A stretch of 64,000 bases of DNA from a virus. The translations under genes were made by a program, and so were the position numbers. Below the pieces are notes generated by a model. That model searched no databases. It was not told the origin of the DNA and saw nothing but the letters and a program-made list of their open reading frames with translations. Position 1 is the stretch's first letter; each line of letters starts with the position of its first letter. This document shows positions 7,305 through 15,584 of this stretch, piece after piece. Location: IMG/VR virus record IMGVR_UViG_3300028571_000013, positions 32,001-96,000 of that record; one strand, given 5' to 3'.

Positions 7305-7481
7305 TCAATTCCCTTTATTTTTGCTCAGAGCAGCATGAGATACGATCTGATCAAACGTATACCAGCTACCATCATCGTATCGGCCAGAAAGTAGAATTTT
7401 GATATTCTTTCCGACAATTTGCTGGACACTACCATATCCATCGACTACTTGAACCACATCACCAACTTTAATTTTTTGCAT
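7305..7481 (-). CDS. Small hypothetical protein (SH3/KOW-like KVGDVVQV start)
   Basis: GAGG RBS; promoter TTGACG-N17-TAGAAT at 7499-7527. Confidence 0.65.
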   Translation of the reverse strand: MQKIKVGDVVQVVDGYGSVQQIVGKNIKILLSGRYDDGSWYTFDQIVSHAALSKNKGN

Positions 7482-7532
7482 CTTTTCCTCTTTCAAGTAT
7501 TCTACCAGACTTTTTTGCTGCCGTCAACCCCC

Positions 7533-7757
7533 TCATACGGGGGTCGGTTGTGAACGATAATATTTTGCCCACAATTCATCCATCACAAATTGGACAATCC
7601 GATCATGACTACCACGACAAACGTAGTATCCCATGTGAATGTCGAACAGAGCAAACGTTCCATCCTCTTTCGGATGATAGGTAAACCCACACTTGTAGGC
7701 ATAACCATTGATTTTACCCTTGACAGTCTCAATCTTAGGAGGCTTTCTCATTTTCAT
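7533..7757 (-). CDS. Hypothetical protein
   Basis: Start at MKMRKPP; promoter TTGACA-N17-TATAAT at 7780-7808. Confidence 0.75.
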   Translation of the reverse strand: MKMRKPPKIETVKGKINGYAYKCGFTYHPKEDGTFALFDIHMGYYVCRGSHDRIVQFVMDELWAKYYRSQPTPV

Positions 7758-7849
7758 TCCTTTTCTTTCTTGTTCTATCATTATACCAGTATTATCGTCC
7801 AATGTCAATAGCCTAGACTAGAAAATCTTTCCTTACATTTTCGTAAGGT

Positions 7850-8059
7850 TCAGATTCTCCACTCCAGAAAAACCAGTGTGAAGTTTTGGTTAGGATACTT
7901 TTCGGAAATATACCTTTCGGCAGTTTCTTTCCTATTGTCACTAGCTGACACACCCTGAACAACTTTCCCATCTATCATAACTTGCCAAATTTTACGCTTC
8001 CGAATTTTGGGAAGCGAACCGATGAAACCATTCACACTCATTGTCTTTTCCATTTTCAT
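7850..8059 (-). CDS. Hypothetical protein, paralogue of 9132-9356
   Basis: Shared pattern MKMEK..S.N.FI.SLP.I...K.W.V...G.VVQ.V.A.DNRK.TA..YI..KY. Confidence 0.8.
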   Translation of the reverse strand: MKMEKTMSVNGFIGSLPKIRKRKIWQVMIDGKVVQGVSASDNRKETAERYISEKYPNQNFTLVFLEWRI

Positions 8060-8169
8060 TCTCTCTTTTCTTTCTTTCTGTCTTACTTCTTATATCGACA
8101 TTATACCAAAGTTTCTTTAGTTTGCAAGAAAAAAAAATATGGAATTTTCCAAGAATATTTTATAGTGAT

Positions 8170-8185
8170 TGGCACAACATTTGCT
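8170..8185 (+). promoter_or_regulatory. sigma54 (-24/-12) consensus site
   Basis: TGGCAC-AACAT-TTGCT. Confidence 0.6.
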
Positions 8186-8194
8186 AGATGCGAC

Positions 8195-8274
8195 GTAAGT
8201 CGTTGTGGCGTAAGCACTTACGTCAAAAATGCGGGCGCCCCCTCGTCGTAAGTCCTTTAGCAGTAAGGGTTTAC
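8195..8274. repeat. 80-bp double-palindrome element, copy 7
   Basis: gtaagtcgtt-N7-aagcacttac / 26 bp / gtaagtcctt-N7-aagggtttac. Confidence 0.9.
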
Positions 8275-8415
8275 GTCAAGCTTTACGTTTGCGCCTATAC
8301 ACACGTTCAGTACCCACCCAAACGGGGAGGTAGAGTTTAGGATACAAGTGCACATATGTGCTCTTTACCCATCGCTCAGTCTCTAGTATAACATCGTACA
8401 CTAGTATACAATAGT

Positions 8416-8799
8416 TCATTCATCTTCTCCCTTGAAGCTGAACGGACTGATTTCTTCACCGCAGGCTGCGATGGCCGCATACTGCCTTGCCAATTCTTCC
8501 ACACGTTCACGGCTACCGGGCTTACCTACCGGAACGATCATGGTATCCTCACCCCCTACATAGCGGGGATCGGCCTTTTCCTTGCGAACCTTTCCGATAT
8601 TCTTCAAGGCAGTACGATTGAACTTGAGAACCTTTTTGGTCACAACGTAACGCTTCTGATCATCCACACCGTAGACGTAATCGGTATCTTCCGTGATTCG
8701 ATCATCGGGAATCTCGACCAGCATAGGGATTGCAATACCCTTGAAAATCATACGGGCTTGACGCTTGGCATTTTCGATGATGGGGAACTTGGTTTTCAT
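8416..8799 (-). CDS. Hypothetical protein (127 aa)
   Basis: ORF with an upstream TTGAAA-N16-TATAAT. Confidence 0.8.
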   Translation of the reverse strand: MKTKFPIIENAKRQARMIFKGIAIPMLVEIPDDRITEDTDYVYGVDDQKRYVVTKKVLKFNRTALKNIGKVRKEKADPRYVGGEDTMIVPVGKPGSRERVEELARQYAAIAACGEEISPFSFKGEDE

Positions 8800-8882
8800 T
8801 GTCTTTTTCTCTCTTAGGGTCTATCGTTCTCTTGTTCGTGTATTATACCAAACTGTTTTTCAATTTCAAGAGAAAAGTTTCC

Positions 8883-9068
8883 TTACAATATCGCAAGGAT
8901 ACCATTTTCTTTTTCGTAGCAGTCTAAATAAATGAACTGATCGACCCTATCTTGGTATTCAGTTTTGATAGTCCAAACATGACCTTCATCGTAATGATAG
9001 GAAACAATTTTTCCAGAAATTTCACGACCATCATCATTCACCACAACATTTTCACCAACTTCAAACAT
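8883..9068 (-). CDS. Small hypothetical protein (FEVGENVVV, SH3-like start)
   Basis: ORF with its own promoter-like sequence at 9095-9122. Confidence 0.7.
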   Translation of the reverse strand: MFEVGENVVVNDDGREISGKIVSYHYDEGHVWTIKTEYQDRVDQFIYLDCYEKENGILAIL

Positions 9069-9131
9069 TTTTTCTCTCTTTTCTTTCTTCTAGTATTCTA
9101 CCAAAGTTTTTCTTTTCTTCAACCCCCTCTA

Positions 9132-9356
9132 TTAGAGGGTCATCAATCCCTTGAAGTGCGAGAACGTCAGGGTCAAGGATTGTCCGACATATTTGTCGTC
9201 AATGTAATCTTGTGCAGTGCTTTTCCGATTATCGGTAGCACCAACATACTGAACAACCGTACCATTCTGATCGGTTACTTTCCATACTTTCTTCTGAACA
9301 ATCCTAGGCAGGCTGTTGATGAAATCGTTTGTTGAAATTGCTTTTTCCATTTTCAT
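9132..9356 (-). CDS. Hypothetical protein, paralogue of 7850-8059
   Basis: See 7850-8059; the upstream non-coding DNA is also homologous. Confidence 0.8.
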   Translation of the reverse strand: MKMEKAISTNDFINSLPRIVQKKVWKVTDQNGTVVQYVGATDNRKSTAQDYIDDKYVGQSLTLTFSHFKGLMTL

Positions 9357-9444
9357 TCTCTCTTTTCTTTTTCTTTATATCGACATTATACACTCTGTAT
9401 CTTGATTGGCAAGAAAAAAAAATATGGCAAAAAAATATTTTTTA

Positions 9445-9460
9445 TGGCACGATATTTGCT
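9445..9460 (+). promoter_or_regulatory. sigma54 (-24/-12) consensus site
   Basis: TGGCAC-GATAT-TTGCT. Confidence 0.6.
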
Positions 9461-9468
9461 CATGCGAC

Positions 9469-9548
9469 GTAAGTCGTTGGTACATAAGCACTTACGTCAA
9501 AAAAGCGGGCGCGTTTTCGTTGTAAGTCCTTTGGTAGCAAGGGTTTAT
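9469..9548. repeat. 80-bp double-palindrome element, copy 8
   Basis: gtaagtcgtt-N7-aagcacttac / 26 bp / gtaagtcctt-N7-aagggtttat. Confidence 0.9.
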
Positions 9549-9579
9549 GTCGAATCGTTGTACAGTAGTGTACGGGTGA

Positions 9580-9789
9580 TCACCCCCTCTTACTAGGGGA
9601 GCTACCCTTACCAATCGTCATCCAGCCATCATTTACGGCTTGAATCGTAAACTTTGCATGATTGATCATTTCAGACTCAGTGAACGTATGACCATTACGA
9701 TACACACGAACAATCTGAATTTCCTTACCGATCATTTGGTAATCAGCATAAACACCACCTACTGCAATCATCATCGTTTTCATATTCAT
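9580..9789 (-). CDS. Hypothetical protein
   Basis: Start taken at MNMKTMM. Confidence 0.65.
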   Translation of the reverse strand: MNMKTMMIAVGGVYADYQMIGKEIQIVRVYRNGHTFTESEMINHAKFTIQAVNDGWMTIGKGSSPSKRG

Positions 9790-9840
9790 TCTCTTTTTTC
9801 TATTGAACATTCTATCAAGTTTTCGCCGCCTCAACCTAGT

Positions 9841-10152
9841 CTACCGATACCGGCGACTAGGACGGACACCATACTTGACCAGACTATTATCTTTCAAGGC
9901 ATCATATCCATCATCGGTATTCTTAAAGGCCGGACGGACATTGTAGAACATAACGTCTTGAGCTTTTTCAAAGTAAATGGAACGGAAGCCGTCTACGGTC
10001 TCAATGACCAGCAGATTACCCTTACCCTCAATTTTACGTTGACTCTTGACGATACCCTCAATTTTGAGGGGGGAAGGATCCTTGACACCCTGATAGGTGC
10101 AAACAATCTTGCAACCGACAACATTCTTACCATTTTTGCTTACTGTAATCAT
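9841..10152 (-). CDS. Hypothetical protein (first gene of the early block)
   Basis: ORF downstream of a promoter-like TTGCTT-N16-TATAAT with CGATA (10195-10222). Confidence 0.75.
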   Translation of the reverse strand: MITVSKNGKNVVGCKIVCTYQGVKDPSPLKIEGIVKSQRKIEGKGNLLVIETVDGFRSIYFEKAQDVMFYNVRPAFKNTDDGYDALKDNSLVKYGVRPSRRYR

Positions 10153-10254
10153 TTTCTTTCTCTTTTCTTTCTTTCTTTGTCTTTCGTTTCACCGATTATA
10201 CATTATAGTATCGTCAAAGCAACAAAAAAAAATTAGAAAAAGAAATATTTTATA

Positions 10255-10270
10255 TGGCATGGCATTTGCT
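10255..10270 (+). promoter_or_regulatory. sigma54 (-24/-12) consensus site
   Basis: TGGCAT-GGCAT-TTGCT, preceded by the same A-tract/AATATTT context as the other two sites. Confidence 0.55.
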
Positions 10271-10277
10271 ACCAGCT

Positions 10278-10301
10278 TCCCCCACAAGTAGGGGGGTTTT
10301 T
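10278..10301 (+). terminator. Intrinsic terminator-like hairpin
   Basis: ccccc-acaagta-ggggg followed by a T-run. Confidence 0.5.
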
Positions 10302-10400
10302 CTGTTTTTCGATGGTATTGAGAATAAATCTCAAAAAGCGCCGGGTGGTCCAAAAACAATAAGCTCACTATAAATCAAATGTATTACCTAAACTTCCTTC

Positions 10401-11414
10401 TTAGCCCATCAACTTATTAGATACCAGATACTTGTGCCAAGTATACGAGCTTTCTAAACTATGTTCCAATGGTATGATGCACTCAAAATCCATATCTCTT
10501 TTGATTTTACTTCCACTAGCATATATCTTATCAATATCGCCCAACCTTCTTGGCCCAGTTTCCACCACCTTATTCTTAATACTATTAACTTCCAGATATT
10601 TATTCACTAATTGTTTAACAGATATTCCGCTCCCAGTCCCCACATTATACTTATCATAAAACCCACCTTTCTGCATAACAAATTCTAAGCATTTGACATG
10701 ACATCTTGATAAATCCCCCACATCCAAATAGTCCCTGATTGCACTGCCGTCTTCCGTATCATAGTCGTCTCCGTATATTTTAAAATCATCCAACCCAAAG
10801 ACCCACCTATTTAAACGACTCATTAGACTCTCATAGCCCCCTGGTGGATTTTCCCCTATTGGTATGCTATCGTAACCCCCTATGGGATTAAAATATCTTA
10901 AACTCACAATATTTACCCACCCATTTCTTGCATAAAAATCTTCTAATATTCTTTCACATATAATTTTACTTTGACCATATGGACTAGAACTATTTTTAAT
11001 ACTTTCATTTTCCCCCACAGGAACAGAATCAGGCCACCCATAAACTGTGCAACTACTAGAAAAAATCAGATTCGGTATTTTATATCTTTCAACATATTCC
11101 AACACTCTTAATAAACTATTAATATTATTATTATAATACTTTAAAGGATCCCTCACACTTTCCCCCACATTCTTAGATGCCGCAAAATGAATTATTCCAC
11201 TAACATCGCGCGGCTCAAATCTTTCAATATTCTCACAATCCCCGTAATATACAAACATTTTCTGCATAAATTTTCTACTAATATTATCCAGATTTAAAGT
11301 TGAACTATTACTTAAATTATCTAACACTATAACATTATAATTTTTATTTAACAGATCATAAGTAACATGAGATCCTATATAGCCAGCTCCGCCGGTAACA
11401 ATGATTTTGCTCAT
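10401..11414 (-). CDS. galE: UDP-glucose 4-epimerase (extended SDR)
   Basis: TGGAGYIGSH Rossmann motif, IHFAA, FSSS, YGQSK (YxxxK), LRYFNP, DGSAIRDY, YNVGTG. Confidence 0.92.
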   Translation of the reverse strand: MSKIIVTGGAGYIGSHVTYDLLNKNYNVIVLDNLSNSSTLNLDNISRKFMQKMFVYYGDCENIERFEPRDVSGIIHFAASKNVGESVRDPLKYYNNNINSLLRVLEYVERYKIPNLIFSSSCTVYGWPDSVPVGENESIKNSSSPYGQSKIICERILEDFYARNGWVNIVSLRYFNPIGGYDSIPIGENPPGGYESLMSRLNRWVFGLDDFKIYGDDYDTEDGSAIRDYLDVGDLSRCHVKCLEFVMQKGGFYDKYNVGTGSGISVKQLVNKYLEVNSIKNKVVETGPRRLGDIDKIYASGSKIKRDMDFECIIPLEHSLESSYTWHKYLVSNKLMG

Positions 11415-11509
11415 AATAATTCTTTCTTTACTTGACATTGGGCCACAATATATTATATTAATAATAACCGGTTAGTCATCTTTTTGATCCTAGAAAAAAA
11501 GGGAAAATT

Positions 11510-12112
11510 ATGAAACTTAATACTACAATAAATGTTTTGCCGCCGCCATTTTCTGATAATAGCGGCAATGTTACACGACCAGAAGCTATAGTTGCTGATA
11601 CTCTTAATGTGGCTTTTAATATTGATGTTAAGGGCAAATATATTAGTGGTCAGATAGAGCAATTTCCTAATCCACTATATTTATATACTGGTCAGGCATT
11701 TGAAGACCTTAATGGATTTTGGAATCAGGAACTTTTAGAAAGACGAGTTCTTCAATTATTAGGAGATAATCCTAGCGCCACATTACGATCATTATTTCCT
11801 AAAACTATGGAAGAAGAACCATATGGGCCAGGAACAGTATTATCAACCATGATCAAGAGTCTTGGTATTCAAATGAGCGATAGTTGTTCGTGCAGACGAC
11901 ATGCCCTGACCATGAATGAAAAGGGTAATGACTGGTGTGAACAAAATCTTGATACCGTGGTGGGTTGGCTAAGAGAAGAGGCTACTCGCAGAGGATTACC
12001 ATTTGTTGATATGATTGGGAGAGTTATGGTTAATAGGGCAGTTAAAAAGTCACGAAAGTTATTGGCCAATCAGCCAGTACCAGAAAATGACGAAGAGTTA
12101 GATAAAGAATAA
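11510..12112 (+). CDS. Hypothetical protein with a C-terminal CxC/WC domain
   Basis: 200-aa ORF; GPGT...CSC...MN..G.DWC..N...VV.WL.EEA..RGLPF. Confidence 0.8.
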   Translation: MKLNTTINVLPPPFSDNSGNVTRPEAIVADTLNVAFNIDVKGKYISGQIEQFPNPLYLYTGQAFEDLNGFWNQELLERRVLQLLGDNPSATLRSLFPKTMEEEPYGPGTVLSTMIKSLGIQMSDSCSCRRHALTMNEKGNDWCEQNLDTVVGWLREEATRRGLPFVDMIGRVMVNRAVKKSRKLLANQPVPENDEELDKE

Positions 12113-12148
12113 TATTCTTTTAATCTATAATTCTTAGAAACTAAGATT

Positions 12149-12185
12149 AAACCGCATCAATAATACTGGTGCGGTTTATTTTTTT
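12149..12185 (+). terminator. Intrinsic terminator
   Basis: aaaccgcatca...tggtgcggttt followed by a T-tract. Confidence 0.65.
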
Positions 12186-12237
12186 GGTGTATGTAATGGA
12201 TAATATTGTATTATCATTATAAATTTTAAGGTGTACT

Positions 12238-13329
12238 ATGGCCGATAATCTTTTACGTGGTGACAAAACTGTCGAAATTGCTAGAGCTAAAAAAGTTGTT
12301 GATTGTTCAAAAGGCTCTCCAGAGTGTGAAGGGCCTAACATTATATGCAAAGTTATAAGAGATGGAAATGCTCCGGGAGTAGCTACTGTTGTATATAATC
12401 CTGAAGATATAGCTAATGGGCTTCCAATTAGAAGAAACAGCGGGCCACGGCTCATAGGAATTACAGATGTTGGTCCCATTCCTTGTCAGATGTGCGCCGA
12501 TAATACATTATCCAATGGTAGAACTGTGGCTATGGATAATCTATTACATCCAGCCATAAGAGATCAGGATGACCAAACATTTAGAAACAATCATGATGGT
12601 CAGTCCAAAGCAGAATATTTACAACAGGATATGCTTAGGGCTTGTATGGAATGGATGGGAGGAAGCGAGAGTGCAATAAAAGCATTTTATGATTTGGTTA
12701 ATCCTAATTTTAATAGTCAATGTGGAACACCCTATATTTTTGAAACAGCAGCTTTAAGAATTGTAATTACAGTATCTATGAATGTTTACTGGTTTACTAA
12801 TAATTGTGTAAGACAAGAAAAGACCATTACTGCTAATAGAACCGTTAGCATAGGGCGTAGGACTTTTGCATTAGATACATTAAAAGGGGCTAGGGTAAGT
12901 TATGCTGGTAATAGAGGTAAGGGTGTCAGATATGGTATCGAGTATGACTGTTCACAACATAAAGCGACTTTAATGTGTGGTACATGTTATTATACTAAAG
13001 ATGCAGGAGGTTTCCTACAACCAAATTGTTTTGAGCCAGATGGAGTTAGGTTTTTAGAAACTGTAGCTAGACGAGCGGATGCCGACCTTTTTGATAAAAA
13101 CGGAGCACCTACTAGGCCTTTTGACGACGCTAAAAGGACTAGGGATAGTATTGCATCAGAAATTGAAGCAGAATTACCAGCCAAAGTAAGAAGTGCTGCT
13201 CTGCAACTGGTCGAAACGGCTTCGACAATGGCGGCTGGTGGATACATAGACTGTACTCCTGTGTGTGGTCTTGGATATGAATTAGCTGATGATATAGAAG
13301 TTGAGTATAGACTAATTGGCAATAGTTAA
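12238..13329 (+). CDS. Hypothetical protein (363 aa, several Cys)
   Basis: Long ORF preceded by the GGTGTA motif. Confidence 0.8.
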   Translation: MADNLLRGDKTVEIARAKKVVDCSKGSPECEGPNIICKVIRDGNAPGVATVVYNPEDIANGLPIRRNSGPRLIGITDVGPIPCQMCADNTLSNGRTVAMDNLLHPAIRDQDDQTFRNNHDGQSKAEYLQQDMLRACMEWMGGSESAIKAFYDLVNPNFNSQCGTPYIFETAALRIVITVSMNVYWFTNNCVRQEKTITANRTVSIGRRTFALDTLKGARVSYAGNRGKGVRYGIEYDCSQHKATLMCGTCYYTKDAGGFLQPNCFEPDGVRFLETVARRADADLFDKNGAPTRPFDDAKRTRDSIASEIEAELPAKVRSAALQLVETASTMAAGGYIDCTPVCGLGYELADDIEVEYRLIGNS

Positions 13330-13354
13330 ACTTAAAAATAATAAATAATAAATA

Positions 13355-14575
13355 ATGAATCATATATATAATCCTATCAATTTAAATAGTATTCCACCAA
13401 AACTATCCATGTATGGTCTATCTGACGATGTATTCACAGTATATGATAATGGTAATAATTTTACTCTTGATACGAGATTAGTTTTTCCTGATTTTAAGCC
13501 AGGACTACCATCAGAAACTGTGCTTCTGTTAAGAATTAATAATGATACCTCAAAAATTTTATTCTTTACCGACACAGTATGGTTACAAAATATTACTAAA
13601 TTTTATCATATCATATATGATGCAAATGCTATTGTTAGTCAATATACATCTGATAGAGTAGCCTGTGTAGAATATACATATAATAATAGTACCAAGGTAT
13701 TAAATTCTAATATTATTTCTAGTGGTAAGCTGACAGCTAATAAATATTTATTTGATCAAGAACTATGGAATATATACCAAGGCTCTCCTATAAGTTCTTC
13801 GGATCTGGATAATGAAATAAAAGAACATAATAGTTCTCATGCTTATTTTAATAATACTATAGGATATAGTGTACAAAATGTTAATGTTTTTGGATCAGGT
13901 GCTGGATATAAATTAAATAGCACCTTTTTCTTACGCAGATCAGAGTTGATGAGCGAAGTATTACCAGATAACTGTGTTCTCTCAGCACCCTTACAGCTGT
14001 GCTCAGGCACTGTCGTAATTACTGGGGGCGTTAATTATAAAGTAGGAGATACTTTTACTATCAATAACGTAAATGCTGCAGGTTGTTTTGGTTTGGTACA
14101 AGTTATAGAAACCAATCGGACAGGAAGTATTTTACGTACACAATTAATTAATCCTGGTTGTAATTTTACGTCTTTACCAACGGCAACAGACAATAGTTCC
14201 ACTGGTTCTGGAGCCCTAATATCTATTAATAATTCATTTGGCATAGATGTTTGTCGAATTATAGACGGTGGCAATGGATATATCCCAGGAGAACATACTA
14301 TAGGATGTAAACTGAGCGGTACAGAATATGAGCCTAGTGTCTATGCCAAGGCAATTACACAAATAAATCAATTAGATATAGTACCACTATTAAAAAATAA
14401 TTTTTCAATAGACTCAGTATCTGTTATAGCTGCTGGTAATAATGTTTCAGAAGTTCAATTTGATTTGATAAATAATAATCATATTATAGATAATAACTAT
14501 ATTTCAATAGATAATAATAATTTAATTAAAACTCAAAATACAGGCGTTTCTAATAGACCAAGATTTTTTATCTGA
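13355..14575 (+). CDS. Putative virion structural protein with GxGY-type beta repeats
   Basis: Repeats GSGAGY, GGVNYKVGDTFTI, INPGCNFTSLPT and DGGNGY resemble baseplate or fibre-associated repeats. Confidence 0.55.
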   Translation: MNHIYNPINLNSIPPKLSMYGLSDDVFTVYDNGNNFTLDTRLVFPDFKPGLPSETVLLLRINNDTSKILFFTDTVWLQNITKFYHIIYDANAIVSQYTSDRVACVEYTYNNSTKVLNSNIISSGKLTANKYLFDQELWNIYQGSPISSSDLDNEIKEHNSSHAYFNNTIGYSVQNVNVFGSGAGYKLNSTFFLRRSELMSEVLPDNCVLSAPLQLCSGTVVITGGVNYKVGDTFTINNVNAAGCFGLVQVIETNRTGSILRTQLINPGCNFTSLPTATDNSSTGSGALISINNSFGIDVCRIIDGGNGYIPGEHTIGCKLSGTEYEPSVYAKAITQINQLDIVPLLKNNFSIDSVSVIAAGNNVSEVQFDLINNNHIIDNNYISIDNNNLIKTQNTGVSNRPRFFI

Positions 14576-14594
14576 TATAAGAGAAACATAAACT

Positions 14595-15584
14595 ATGGGT
14601 ACATGTTGTAGTCAAGATTGTTGTCCAACAAAAGACATGAAGAGTGGCTGGGGGGGAGGGCGCGTTCCTCCTAACTATGCTTCTGGATATGTATACAATG
14701 ATATTGATCCTAGTGAAAATTGTTGCAAGTGTGTTTTTACTAATGCTTTTTGTAGGGGTATAGACTCCAAATATCCTCATGCCGGGAGTGATTGTGGTCC
14801 GTGTAATTGTGACTATAAAAAAGTTATGACACAGAGAGCTGGTTTCGACAACTGCTTAAAGCCCGTTCCTCCAGCTACCTGGAGATGTCCGCCAGATAAA
14901 CCGGTATGGAAAGATCCAAATGATGATATGTGTGAATGCGTTTGCGATAAATCACCAGGTGATTGTCAACCATATGAAACATTTAGGGCTGATTTTTGTA
15001 GATGCATATGTGAAAAAGATCTTATAGTATGTGATGGTGGAGATCCTTGTAGCAGCGCACCATTTTTAGAGAATCCTACTCCAAATTACCATCCAGAAGA
15101 TTGTAGCTGTAAGTGTGATCTTGATGTTGCTAATGGTGGACCTGGATGTACTGGCAACCCAAGAAAACCACAATTTAATTCTGCTAAGTGTGAGTGTGAA
15201 TGTATATACGATGTTGGTCCTGATAAATGCTCAGAGCGTTATCCTTATATTATGAAAGATGCTTGTGATTGTGAATGTCCAGATAGTGTAGCAGAGTCTT
15301 GTACATCTGATCAAGAATTTGATACGGATACTTGCTCATGCAAACCATGTCCTGAACCCTGTAAATTTGCACAAACAAGAAAACCTGGTAGTTGTGATTG
15401 CGAATGCCTTAAGAAAAGATCCGATTGTCCTAAAGATCAACCAATTTTCGATGATGTTAGTTGCGAATGTTATTGTCCATTATCAATTCAGATGTGGTGT
15501 ACTGGACGCCATAAGCGCTATGATTCTTCAAAATGCGAATGTGTATATGATGCTAGTGTAATGTCAATTTTATTGGAGCCATAA
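14595..15584 (+). CDS. Cys-rich CXCXC-repeat protein
   Basis: About nine C-x(10-14)-C-x-C-x-C-type units (CECVC, CRCIC, CSCKC, CECEC, CDCEC, CECYC...). Confidence 0.8.
   Translation: MGTCCSQDCCPTKDMKSGWGGGRVPPNYASGYVYNDIDPSENCCKCVFTNAFCRGIDSKYPHAGSDCGPCNCDYKKVMTQRAGFDNCLKPVPPATWRCPPDKPVWKDPNDDMCECVCDKSPGDCQPYETFRADFCRCICEKDLIVCDGGDPCSSAPFLENPTPNYHPEDCSCKCDLDVANGGPGCTGNPRKPQFNSAKCECECIYDVGPDKCSERYPYIMKDACDCECPDSVAESCTSDQEFDTDTCSCKPCPEPCKFAQTRKPGSCDCECLKKRSDCPKDQPIFDDVSCECYCPLSIQMWCTGRHKRYDSSKCECVYDASVMSILLEP

Noticed and set aside
1356-9548. 80-bp elements as a CRISPR array
   Set aside because: Copies are degenerate and 0.7-1.6 kb apart with genes between them; no cas genes are visible.
1356-9548. 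80-bp elements as classical integron attC sites or intrinsic terminators
   Set aside because: No RYYYAAC/GTTRRRY ends, cassettes carry their own promoters, and no IntI is seen. Arms are often mismatched and lack U-tracts, which fits dsDNA protein-binding sites better than hairpins.
340-10291. Plus-strand ORFs in the early region (e.g. 651-1286, 2374-3108, 5728-6246, 9640-10236)
   Set aside because: Antisense shadows of minus-strand genes that have RBSs and promoters; no recognisable motifs.
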